From Marsupella aquatica (Eukaryota; Plantae; Marchantiophyta), in contig OZ316893.1 of NCBI GenBank assembly GCA_973895155.1, forward strand, positions 13,408,359-13,472,358: DNA of 64,000 nt, written 5' to 3'. The notes below the pieces were generated by a model. It worked only from the letters and a program-made list of their open reading frames with translations. It had not been told where the DNA came from and did no database searches. The position numbers and the translations under genes are program-made. Of this stretch, positions 50,144-64,000 are shown piece by piece (positions within the stretch are counted from its first letter, which is position 1; every line of letters begins with the position of its first letter).

Positions 50144-53100
50144 CACTAGTAGAAAAGATCCCTAATTCTGACCACTGTTAGGACTATGGTATGATTGTTG
50201 TATGACTCAATTTTATACTAGTCATTCTTATGACACTGTGTTATAAGTTTTGCGACTCAGCCCACTAAGTCATTAGAGTGACTTTAGGCCTTACTCATAT
50301 GCAACGACTCATCTAGTTGTAATCTATGACAAGCAAGAGTTTGGCAACTCTCATAAATAATGATTGAGCCTGTTATATGAAAGGACTCTTAAGGTCATAA
50401 TTTTCAACCAAAAATACAATAAACAACTTGTTGAGGCTTGTTCTTGCTCATACATGTATAAACAAATGACTTATGTAGTCAAGATTTAGTACTCAATTAG
50501 TCATACTTAACAATAGGAGTACGTGCAATTAATAACAACTGAAGAAGAGTTTTAAAAGTCATTCACAATGATATACGTTACAATCATTGTCTTAGATAAT
50601 AAATGTTTGAGAACTATAAGCACAATGTGTGCACATAGCTAAGGATTTCCATACATTTTGGGTAACCTTCAATGGTAACAAAAGATTCACAACAAATATC
50701 TAAGTATTCCTGATCCAAAAGAATGACAAACATACTGAAAATATAAACAAATTGAGAGAACAAAAAGTCATTGTGTTCATAATCCACTATATGAAATTCA
50801 TGCTTGTGAAATTCATGCACAGGTAGCTAGAAAAGTAGAAAACATATACACAAATCAACACTTAACATTGCGTGTAAAGTCATGAGTTAATTTCACAAGG
50901 CAACACTTCACATTACATTAGTACTCTGACTTGCATAGTCCTGTAACTACTAACTTAGACAGCCTGTAATCCATGCCTCATGTAAGCCAATAGTCATATG
51001 CTGCAACCTCCAGTAATATAAGTCTCTTAAGTTCACATGGCATACCTAATGTTGCATATTCATGTAACGTCTCACTACACATGCATTCCCTGCCCATTGC
51101 TATCATACTAATGAGCCAAGGAAATTGCTACATATGTCTTTTCCTGGAGTGTTTGCAGGCATTGGTAGTCATTTAAATCAACATTCTTGTGACTCACAAT
51201 CAACTGTTGGCCATAGTACCAATGACTGAATTGAATCTGCAACAACTATCTGAGACAGATCATCAACCATGTTTGGAAATGGTAATGGATACTTTGGTTT
51301 GCTAACCAAACTCAAATTCACCACAGAATACCCATCCGGCACTTCCTTACCATGAAATAAGTGATGGTCAGCACATAACAAACCAAAGGCAACTACCTCC
51401 CGTCGGGCTGCATGACCAACCTCTTCAGTCACACCAAACAAATTGTACATTGGCTCTGCCTCTGCTGTCACTTGATTTTTGCCCCCAACTTTCCTAGTCT
51501 TCCTTGGGGATTGTAATTGTTCTTGCGACTGACAATAATTTGGCACTTTGTATGCATTTCAGGTGAAGTGGCACTATTGCTATGTTTCCCATCCACTTCA
51601 CGCATGGTTCATCATTTGCTGCTAAACTAATGTCTTACACCTTCTCAATGGGCTTCTCAATCATATGTTCCTTTTGTACATGTTGTAATCCATCCCCGTC
51701 AAAATATCCTATATTACACACAGACAAAGGAACATCCTCTTCCGCTTTCTCTATAGAAGACTCTCCACATTGGGTTGTAACTAAGTTCCGTCTGCATGCA
51801 ACCTTACTAGGTGGCTTCTTGCGCACATCCTCCTTCCCATCTATACATCCATTCTCATTGTGTCAACATTCACTTTCTACATACAAATGGACAAAAAAAA
51901 TTCAAAGAATCAAATTTAATTGGACACTTTCAAATTGGATAAGCAATGTGTATGCATTTTTTGATGCTACTATATGGCAGGACACACTTTGGTTATTTTG
52001 TCTTATTATAATTGTTCATTACATATTTTTATGTCAATTGGGTTTATTCTATGCTTTTTGTTTGTGTTTTTCTAAATTTAGTGATTTCTTCCAACCCCTT
52101 TAATTTTTTCAAGTACTTAGTTTTAAGTATGTTGCTTAAATTTCTATTAATTTTTTTTATTATGACAACTTATCATATTCCTCAAGTTTAACTATTTATT
52201 TATGCTATAGGCACTCCTCCTTTTCATGATAATTCATTGATAAGGTAAACTCTCCAAACTCAATCAGGCAACTATTGTAGGGCACTATCCAACAATGCCC
52301 TGTAACTTATATGTCTATTGTTTAAGAAAATTCCAATACTTATGGTTTATAGGGTAATAGATGTAAACTAAACAGAGCCCCCCAAATTTTAGAAGGGTAC
52401 AAAATTAGTTTACTTCGCTTTCACCACAAAATATTGGACCTACAAGGTACACAGACTTGTACATTCAACTTAATGTACTTGTTTCACCCAAAGAGTACCG
52501 TACATCTTTTCACTTCATTGATATGTACTTTTTTATAATTATTGTTTCAATGTCTTGAATAGGATATGATAGTTTGTGTTGCATAGATTATACTTTATTG
52601 TGAATAAGTTAAAATAGGTGTGTGTTAAAAAGGCCCACCTATATGCACCTCTTGTGCCCTCAGTATTATCATTTTTGCTTATTGTTTTGGTAATCCCAGC
52701 TTCCTCTCCCATCACTTCAATTGATGGACTGACATGTCCTTGCAGCCCTTTCACCTCTGACTTTAGGTCTGTAATTACGTGCATAAGCAACTTGAAATTG
52801 TTCTCATGGCTAAACCTGGATTTCCTAATTTTTGATTGCCCGTATCAAATAGGTCCTCTATCATCATATCCACTCCAATAGGCTACTCAAGATAGAGACG
52901 TCACTCATCTGTCACAACAAACAATGATACTAGTTCCACAATTAGTATTTGCCTTAATCAGATGTACTAACTACAAATGCACTTAGACTACACTCCAAGT
53001 TCAGAATTGTCATCAATACATCCTTTTGACTTGTCTGAGAACTGCTCTAACTGATGGCCTCTGCTCGCACCTACTCTTAGGTGGGGCTTTGTCCATTTGC

Positions 53101-56100
53101 TTTTTTCTATATCTCTGACATTGCAACGACATGTACATAACCAATCTCTTACACAATAACTGAACACAAACCATATGTCATACAATGTACTTAGAATAAA
53201 ATGGGATGCAAGTCTATAATGCTTACCAAATGTTCTATAATGGGGGCATTACCCCCTCTGCCTGTTAAACTAGGATTCTTCACACTTGCTTGTGCCAAAA
53301 ACATTTGTTCACTCCTTTGCTTAGTAGATTGAAGACTATCCCTCTATTTTTGGACGGTGGCATTTACCCGGAATGGCTAACCAACACTGGATGCAAGATC
53401 TCTAAGGAAGGAGAAATCACCAAGTACCTGGGCTGCCCAATTGGGTACAAGGTTTGCCCAGCACAGGAAAACAACTTTATGATGGGGAAGATACGAAAAC
53501 GTCTCTTCCATTGGAATAATAGGTGTCTGACCATGGCAGGAAGAGCTATCCTACTGAAACACGTACTAAGGGCGATCCCCACTTACCATCTCATGATTTT
53601 GGAGCTCCAGCTGACTGGCTACCGGGAACTGGAAAAACTTTGCAAGAGATTTCTATGGGGTCCATCACAGTCGAAAGGAAACAAAAAAGCACTCATTGCT
53701 TGGAGCAACATTACCGCAACAAAAGGTTTCGGGGGGCTGGGTATCATCCCCTTCAGTGAGCAGGCACAGGCACTGAAGATGCGACATATCACCAAGATTA
53801 TCACAGAAGAAAACAAGGAATGGGTGATTATGGCTAATGCTCTCATCAAGAAGGGGATGAGATCAGGTTTGGGAAAGAAGGAAAGACGGAGGTGGACACC
53901 TGCTGAAGGCCTGCTATTACTAGAAGGGATTCCCATCAAAGGCTCCCCCACCCTGAAGGGCCTCCTCAAAGGGTGGTATGCAAAGAGCCAACACCTACAG
54001 TTCCACATTAACAAAGGTAAGCTCCCCCTGCACCTCACGATCAAGCAGACTATTTTGCTCTTCTCCAGAGATAATGCCATGCAGGATGTAGAAGAGGCAG
54101 ACCTCAGTCATTACCTGGCCGCTCGGGGGATCAGAGCCCTCTCTGATCTCTGGTCTCCCATGCATGGCTGGAGTGCTCTTGTGGAAATTCACGGCAGAGT
54201 GCGCAGCAATCGTCCAAGTGGGGTTCAGACATTCAACATATTACATTTGGCACTGTCTCAGTGTCCTGGTCTTGAGAGCATTGGGCTACAGAACTGCACC
54301 GGGTGGTGCTGGCAATGGAAGGGGAAAAACAGGGAATGGTCTTTCCCCAACAAGACCTGGATTACGTGTATGCTCCCACTTACCCAAGATGTCACTAAAC
54401 TCAACCGGCGGTGGGGAGGGAGAGGGAGCCACTGGAAGGTGTCTAACGGAGTTTGCACCCGGTGTAAACTCAGCTTTGAACATACTGAACATTTGTTTTT
54501 CAGCTATAATAATGTGACGGAGCGATGGAGAGAGGTTCAATAGCTCACACAAGGATTTTCTGCTTTCCCCCTCAGACACCACACCCTTTTTGAGGCAATT
54601 AACACTGCCATCAAACTACAGAAGAGGAACCCCGGTCCTATCGTTCTCATTTCCGAAATGTGTAACAGCATTTGGAGGGAACATAATGCAGCGAGGTATT
54701 CTCAATTCTTGGGGCGCCTCCCTGCCTGGGTGGTCCTCCGGAGAACCGAAAAGCATCTGAACACTATACAGGACATCTGCCACTCTACCAAGAAAGCCGG
54801 ACAGCTAAACAGAGCTCTTGGGCAACTGAAGGAGATATTGAAACCTTGGGAGCAGACTGAAACTCCCATCCCGCTCAGCCAGATCCAGGATGACGAAAGC
54901 GATACATGAGTAGTAGCCCAAGACGATTGACAGCACCAGGAATAATAGTAGGAGGACGCTTCATCATTGGCCCAATAAGCAGGACAAAACTAGGAGCAAG
55001 AGTAGTGACCTTACGGAAAGACACCAGGAAGGGGGTAATCCTCCCAGTAGTAAATATAAGCAGGGGGATCTTGTCACTGACACCTCCGGGTGGTGCAATC
55101 TGACCCCCTGGCCTGACTAGGGGTGGCGTTTGGTTTTGTTGGGGTCATTCGGGCTTGTTGTCGCCGTGGCCCGCGGCCGGTGCTTCCCTGGGCGGCCTTT
55201 GTCCCCAGGTTTTGTCATTTTGGGGATTACCTCCATTTTCCACAACAACAAAAAAACAAAAAAAAGTAGATTGAAGACCAAAATGATTCACTAATCTTGC
55301 CCACTGCTCAATCTGCATTGATGGAGGTGGGGGCGCTCTTTTGCCCTCCTTGGATTTCTCCTACCATATCTTATGTAGCCTGAATCTCTATGTTTTTAGG
55401 ATCTTTGATGCAATGCATCAAGACAACATTGATCTACAGATTTTCCATTATTGTCAATATACACATATCGGTTGTGCATGTAATTGCACACACTCCCAAT
55501 CCCCTGCCTATTGATCAACAAAGTTTATTATGCTTACATCCATCCATTGTAACACCTCTTGTCTAAAATCATTCTGCCAAGGGTTCTTGCCCATACTAGC
55601 GGTAGTAATCCAACCTTTTGGATTCACAGTCACTGACCCATACTTCTCAAGGCCTTTAGTCCTACCGTTGCCAGCAGTATTGGGCGGTGTATAAGAGTTG
55701 CCTTTTCCCTTTCCATCACTCCAATTTTCAAACTCTGTGTAGATCAAACAGACTACTTAGTGTTGCATACAAAGACCAACATTGCAAAAAAATTAATGTT
55801 GATAAGTCAAATACTCTACTATCATTGGTTTTTGTGTTCAATTTAGCTAGGACATACCTCGACCTTGCTGTTGTCCACTGCTATTCCAAGCTTGTGCATC
55901 CTTCCACTTGTTCTCTGAAGTACCATCACCTGAACCATGATAAATTGGTGCTCCAGGTGAATAGTAACAATCTTGATTTCCACATTGTGGCAGGTTGGGG
56001 TTTGCATAACATAGAAACACATACATTTATAGTTAACAAACACTCACACCATGACAATCATGATCATTTAACAGTCACAAACACAAGAATAAATCCACTA

Positions 56101-57451
56101 TCAAACCAACATTGATATTGACAAGATGGGCTTCACAAGCATTTATGAAGCATCATATGAACTTCTCCTTTGTTCAACTATACTGCACACATGCAACCAT
56201 TGGGAATAGCTCTATCGGGTCATGTGCACAGAAGCTTTTGCAGAACCTAACCATATGCAATCAAGCGGCTAGTTAAGCCAGGGCGGAAAGGAACACTACT
56301 ATCGAATGTGGATTGAACAAGCTCAATAGAACTAGTAACAAGTTCTGTAACAGGCCCGGTAATAGGAGGTTACCCAAATCGGAGCGAGCGTAGCTCCCTT
56401 TGAGCAACCTCAGTGAGATCGGAATGTGGATGCACAAGAGACTTGAAGTGAAAGTTGGAGGCCTCCGCCTTTGCTATCCAATGTCGTAGCCTGCAACTGG
56501 ACTAAGTGGCACTATTGCTACGCGCTAGGTTGTGGCTGCAACCTCACACCTCAATCCCAACTTGCAACTTCCCTATAGATTGAAGCGACAAGGTCCACTT
56601 CATGGTGCGCGCAATGTCCTTCAAATTCCCGTGAGCCACAAGTCGACAACTAGGAATGAGTGTGCTAACTAGCAAGATGGTATCCAAGGTATGTAACGTT
56701 CTTCTTCCATCGGTAACAAAAAGTTAACACCATACCAATAATAGTCGGTCACTTACAGACAAAGGCCAGTATGGACCAGACACGATCAAAATCTAGGCCA
56801 CCCTAAGTACCATTAATTGTCCATTCTGAGGAGTGTGTGTGCTGGGTACGCCAAGGAATTTTGTTCGGTCACACCAGGTGTTGGGAACAATTAAAAGGTG
56901 TTCACAATGGAGCAGGATTGATACTTTGGGTAAGTCCTAAATTAAGTAATAGCTTTTACAACGTGAATTTGGGGCCATACATTGGAAAACTTCAATACAA
57001 ATAAGCCAAATCAAACCCCATAAATGAACACACATTCACAAGGCTTATTAGCCAAAAAAGTGGCATGAAATTGACAACGTGGATGATGCCTCCCAAAATT
57101 GAGGCAATCTAGGGACCTAATTAAATGGGGTGGAAATTAAATTGCAATTAGTTTAAGGTGCCTAAACCCAACCCAATTATTAGTGGTCACTTGGAGCAGG
57201 ATATAATTGCATTCCTGTTTTACATCGGTTTGGTAACACAATACAAAATAATCCATCATCCAAGTCCCTAAACATAGTCATGCACAAGAATGAATCAAGT
57301 CATTCTTTTTGACGACACAATGCTCCAATGGCAGCGGTTGTTCTTGGAGTAATGAAAAATGACTCCCTTAAATTTGGAGTCATAAAAGAATGACTGTGGT
57401 CGTTGGAGTCATAAGTGTTCCGGTCAGAATGAGGGGTCTTTTCTACTAGTG
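50144..57451 (-). mobile_element. CACTA (En/Spm) DNA transposon, non-autonomous or decayed, containing a LINE insertion
   Basis: TIRs CACTAGTAGAAAAGA (50144) and TCTTTTCTACTAGTG (ends 57451); 3-bp TSD CCC/CCC; clustered ATGAC/GTCAT subterminal motifs at both ends; minus-strand exon-like remnants at 51178-51546, 52620-52800 and 55508-55747 (possibly TnpA-like, not certain). Confidence 0.9.
53337..55264 (+). mobile_element. 5'-truncated L1-clade LINE
   Basis: TSD AGTAGATTGAAGAC (53323-53336 and 55265-55278); A-rich tail at about 55243-55264; ORF2 remnant TKYLGCPIG...WNNRCLTMAGRAILLKHVLRAIPTY...FLWG...GGLGI, zinc-finger remnant CTRC....EHTEHLFF and IWREHN. Confidence 0.93.
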
Positions 57452-58789
57452 CCCTTTTCCCACATTCCAGTCACTTTTCTCCTCTATCATGCCAATTTGC
57501 TCCATGATTCAGGAAGGGCAGGTATGGCTTAACTGAGCTGGATGGAACGTACTGAGTTGGATGTGACTGAGCGTCACAATCTGGGCAAGGATAGACTGGA
57601 TGGAACCGAGTTGGATCGTCACTTTTAGATACATTGTGAAAATAGTGGGTAAAAGTAAGGGCTCCAATGAATACTTTCCCAAATAGGCGGTAGCCAACCT
57701 TGAGATAACTCTAGTTGCATCACACAAATAAAAATAACTGGTGATCCTTGCTCAGAGCTGAGAGATGATTGGCTAATTAGAAAGCTGCTTTCATTCAGTT
57801 TTAATGAACTATGGTGCATACTTAGAAGAAATACAACAACTTGCAAATCAGTAATGGGAAATTGAACAGACAATCACTATGTTGAATGTTTTTTTGAAAG
57901 AAACACAAAATCGAGTTTATGAGAGAGAGGAAAGATAATGAGCAGAGAATGATGACTGGAATCCCAGTGAGGTCCCTTAGGCCCTGACTTGAAACACCGT
58001 ATTACCTAGACCTGGATGGGGCTGCCACAAAACGGGGTTATAGCATCAACTTTTTGGCAACCTCCCAGAAAACAACTCTGGCTTTTCTTGAAACTTTACA
58101 ATAGGTAGGATGGTAGACAGCACAACATGACAAAGGGTGAAGGGATTGCAACTTTAACCCACGAGGGAGGGTGAAAATATGTACTCAAGAGGAGGAAGAA
58201 AATAAGATCATTTTAGTTCGCAACCAAAATAGAGCTTTGGGCAGGTTTGGGAGTTGGGTGCCCCTGCTGTAGATGTTGCAGGGAGGCCCTTCCTACCTAA
58301 GGGTGACTTTACAAGATGTAGGGCACTTGTGTGTTTTCTTTACCAAACTTGAGCAGACTGGAGAAGTACTTCTTGTTCTAAATAGGCTCCAAGCAACATG
58401 CCTGTTGAAATGAAGTTTGATAACTACAAATCCAATGAATAAGAGAGCAAAAGTGTGGAAATGTTTAGATCACCTATGGACGTGGTAAAAAAACTCTAGG
58501 CAAACTAAGCACTCCACATTAAAATTTCCTTTGAGCCACTGCCTGCCACGTAGGCAATGGACACCATACCCAACTGGGAGTCCATTTCTTTGTAAAACTG
58601 TAGTAGTTTCCACTCCCTCTACAAGCTAGATTTAATCTCTGCGGGGATAAAAAAGAAGAAATGGGCCCAAAACATGTTGTAAAGCCACCCAAACCTTACA
58701 AGAAGAGATCTACGAAGAGATGGCCCCAACATGTTGTAAAGCCATCCCAAAATTGAGGCCATCCTCAGATTCTAGCTAGCAGGTTCTCT

Positions 58790-60164
58790 AAGGGTAGGTG
58801 GGAAACTGGCTCATCAAAGGCAAAAAGTCTACTCTAGCAAATTTTCACCAAAGTGTAAAAAACTTTTCACCAAGGTGGAATTTGCCAAATGTTTTGCCAC
58901 CAAAACAATTGCTGGGTGGCAAATGTCACCTTGTGTGCATGGGAAGATGCAAGAATCTTCCTTATAGAATTTCCCCAGATTAATTTCTGACCGAGAGTTG
59001 TCCCTAGATTTAAAGGATAATTGTCAGATTCTGGCTAGTGGGGTCTTAGTCTCATCTGCGGTTAGGTGGGAAAGTGGCTATTCAAAGGCCAAAAATCCAC
59101 TTAATTTAGCAAATGTTTACAAAGTGACAGCGACTGAGCGAACCAAAAAAATGCCTGGTGGGGAAAAGTTTAGCTTGTGAGAAGGAGAGATGCTAAGAAT
59201 ATTCCTTATACAAGTTCCCTAATTTAATCTCTGACCCTTAGGTCTCCCTAGATTTAATTATACTTGTCAGATTCTGGCTAATGTGAGACTATGGTTAGGT
59301 GAAACGTACTCTAGCAAATTTTCAGCAAAGTGGCAAAGACTTTTCACTCAGTTAGAATTTGGCAATTGTGGAAAACCGGCTAATTGAAGACAAGAAAACC
59401 TACTCTAGCAAATTTTCACCAAAGTGGCCAAGACCTTTCACCCAGGTATAATTTGGCAAATAGTGGAAAATCCGCTAATTCAAGAAAAAACCTACACGAG
59501 CATAATTTTTGCCAAAGTGGCACTTTTCACTGAGCTGGAATTTGGCAAATTGTGGGAAACTGGCTAATTGACGAACAAAACCCTGCTCTAGCCAATTTTC
59601 ATCAAAGTGGCTAAGACTTGTTAGTGAGGTGGAATTTAGAAAATTGTTGGAAACCTGCTAATTCAACACAAAAAACCTGCTCTAGCCAATTTTCACCAAA
59701 TTGGCAAAAATTATTCATTGAGGTGGAGTTTGGCGGGTTGTGGAAACAGGCTAATTGAAGACAAATACCTGCTCTAGCCATTTTCATCAAAGTAGGAGAA
59801 ATAAACTTGGTGGACCCCCAAAATGAAAAGTGTTATTCAAACCCCATGAGTGATCTAGACCCTTGATAGACCTTCAATCAATCTACCCAAAAACCTCACA
59901 AGGTCCATCAAGTGCTACTTTTCATTTTGGGGTCCATCAAAATCTGAGTACTTTTCAGTGAGGTGGCATTTGATGAATTCATCACTAAAATCAGTGAGGT
60001 AGGCTTTGTCTTACTAAAAGAACAGCTGGTGGCATATGGTGAATTTTATCACTAAAAATGAGTGAGATGGCATTTGGCTCACTCAAAAACCCTCTGGTGG
60101 CATTTACTGAATTTTATCACTAAAATTGAGTGAGGTGGCATTTGGCTCACTAGAAAAACTGCTG
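58790..60164. repeat. Tandemly expanded derivative of the hAT MITE family (about 90-95 bp and about 57 bp units)
   Basis: Repeated GGCTAATT...CTCTAGC(A/C)AATTTTCA.CAAAGTGGC...GGAATTTGGCAAA units at 59300-59790 and ATCACTAAAA..GAGTGAGGTGGCATTTGG units at 59955-60160; shares CCCTAGATTTAA...TCAGATTCTGGCTA with the MITE copies. Confidence 0.75.
59807..59940. mobile_element. Small foldback/MITE-like element
   Basis: Imperfect terminal inverted repeat TTGGTGGACCCCCAAAATGAAAAGT / ACTTTTCATTTTGGGGTCCATCAA; related TTGATGGACCCC...GGGTCCATCAA motif at about 13214-13255. Confidence 0.6.
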
Positions 60165-60425
60165 GAACCAACTGGTTGTGGTCAGTTGGCTGGGGGACTA
60201 GCCTGGAATTGAGAGGTCCCAAGTTCAATCCTCCCTCCACACACAAGGGTGTGGAGGGTATATGTGTGTGGGTGGGATGGATTTTGTGAGTAGTGAAGGG
60301 GAGTTCTAATTATCTATCTGGCGCCTGGTTGTCCACTTTGTGACCCCGGGTCCTGTCTGATCTGTGGTGGGCTCACCCTTAGAAGGGTCCCTACCATGGA
60401 TTTTACTACTGATTCACAGATAGAA
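60165..60425 (+). mobile_element. Probable tRNA-derived SINE
   Basis: Pol III A-box-like TGGTCAGTTGG (60179-60189) and B-box GTTCAATCC (60223-60231) about 33 nt apart, followed by a non-tRNA body; no complete cloverleaf. 3' end uncertain. Confidence 0.5.
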
Positions 60426-61017
60426 AACTACAATTGCAGCCAAGGCTTCTAGAGTGAGTCCTTTACACCATAAATCTAGGGCCCTACCAAATGTATGTAC
60501 ATGAGTGTATTGTATCTCAAGATGATCATCCATACTGATTTTTGCCATCATTTTTCTTGTCAATCAAAGAATGGGCATTCAGGCTCCTATATGTCATTAT
60601 TGGGGTGAGTGGAGTCTACTAAGCGTTCTCATGTACGTGCAAGAAAAGGGGAAGAAAAAAAAACCAGGGCGATGATTGGAGCGTTGATTGTCTCGACATT
60701 ATGAGTGTGCGCTACAGTAGTAGTAAGCTACCGGACACACAAAATTCGTCAACCCAAGGGCCGCACATTATTCGTCTTATTCGTACCGTCCCACCGCTGG
60801 ATGCACAACCTCACCGGTCGGCACTCTGTAATCTTCTTTGCGCCTCGACGGTCCTCACCAGTGTGCACCATCCTCTCTACCCACTCTGTCCCCAATCACC
60901 TCGCCGAATCGAGCAGGCGACCGTCATTTTGTGTACTAAAACATCGACGCACGCGAAGAGCACCTCAGATGCGATTGTGGCGATGTTCACGGTTCGATGA
61001 CGCATTGATTGAGCCTC

Positions 61018-61045
61018 TTGTTGTTGTTGTTGTTGTTGTTGTTGT
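61018..61045 (+). repeat. (TTG)n microsatellite in the probable first non-coding exon of the thiolase gene
   Basis: About 9 TTG units; putative leader intron 61158-61966 (CAG|GTACGG ... TTTGCCTCAG). Confidence 0.8.
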
Positions 61046-61998
61046 TCCTCGTCGTCCAAGTTCGGAGTTCCAGCGAAGCGACGACTGGTTTTTCGAGAAG
61101 CGAGGAGATTGTTGAGGAGGAGCGCCTTTCTCTGATTCTCTCTTTGGGAATAAACAGGTACGGTGCGTGCATGTCAGTTGCACGCTCTTGACTGCTGCCT
61201 CGGCTTGTTACTACTTCTTTACTGCATTGGAGGATTTGGATGGTGTTATTAGCAAGCAAGCAAGCAAGCAAGCCGGTCTGTCAGTCAGTCTACCTTCGGC
61301 GCATCAGAGGAGCTACAATTTGTACTGTAGAGCCTTTGGCGTTAACTGATTTTGGTGGCTTGGATTCCAATTGGTGAACTTTCTGGCATCTGTACGCTTT
61401 CCTCGTCTGTCGTTATTGTCTCTTGGTGTTATTTCTGGATTCTTGTTCATCAGTGGCCGTGTTGTTGCAATCGGTGGAGATAGAATTCACGAAGATTTTC
61501 ATTTCCGAACAGAACCTATTCACGATCTAAGTTTTCCACCTGACAGGTTTTATTTTTGAATAAAGATATTGTTCGGGGAAAACAAACAAACTAACTACTC
61601 GGCGGTCATTTCAATTGTCTGGTTTCGGATTCGTACTCAAATTAAGCTGGAAACAGTCCTTCCACTGTTCCACATTTTCGACCAGCCAACGTAGACGCAA
61701 TTGTCTCACCTCCCTGTTACATTGAGTTGACCGTTCTAGTTGGCTAATTGCTATTTCTTTTAATTCATCCGGAAGGCGTTGCTCTGCAGTTCATGGTGTC
61801 AAAGGCATTCGAATTATGAAATGTGCATGTATTCAGTTGCCCCCTGAAAGATCACTGAGTTGATGACTGGTTTTTGTCTTTGGAGAGCTGCTCTCGCTTG
61901 ACTTGTATATTTCGTCGTCTTTGCCGGATCTGATCTTTGTTCTTGAACCATTCCTCTTTGCCTCAGCTGAAGGGTCTGCAGCACAATAGTCTCCATCC

Positions 61999-63838
<1,840 letters not shown>

Positions 63839-64000
63839 GTTTGTGGACAAGCCTCTCTAATTTAAACGTAATGGGCAACAGTACCTCTGTAAAAGGGTAC
63901 AAGGTTCTTGTGGCCGGGATATTTGTTTATTTTCGGGATATATGCCTCTTCGTTGATCTGTGAAATCTGCGGTGCTATCTGAGACTATTGTGGAGGCCTT

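Noticed and set aside
60165-60240. tRNA gene
   Set aside because: A/B boxes are present but acceptor and anticodon stems do not pair; treated as a SINE head.

Overview
Eukaryotic, intron-rich plant nuclear DNA. It is most likely from a non-seed plant such as a liverwort or moss; that is inferred from gene and TE style and not proven. Four host genes were reconstructed from GT-AG junctions with consistent phase: the 3' part of a B4-group Raf-like kinase (+, to 2945), a complete SAC3A/LENG8-like SAC3/GANP gene (-, 24637-31576), a BDP1-like TFIIIB SANT protein (-, about 44852-46816) and the 5' part of an acetoacetyl-CoA thiolase (+, from 61999). The intergenic space is a set of nested transposons. 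A Ty1/copia element with 344-bp LTRs, PBS and PPT sits inside a pogo-like Tc1/mariner element, which itself interrupts a tandem repeat unit. An L1 LINE with a 14-bp TSD sits inside a CACTA element with a 3-bp TSD. There are also hAT-type MITEs with 8-bp TSDs, a restriction-like-endonuclease (CRE-like) retroelement fragment and a probable tRNA-derived SINE. The most unusual item is a decayed, intron-containing tyrosine recombinase gene (48545-49860, -) resembling Crypton/DUF3504 elements, a group best known outside land plants. No rRNA, bona fide tRNA or CRISPR array was seen. About 4-22 kb contains GC-richer patches that I could not assign.
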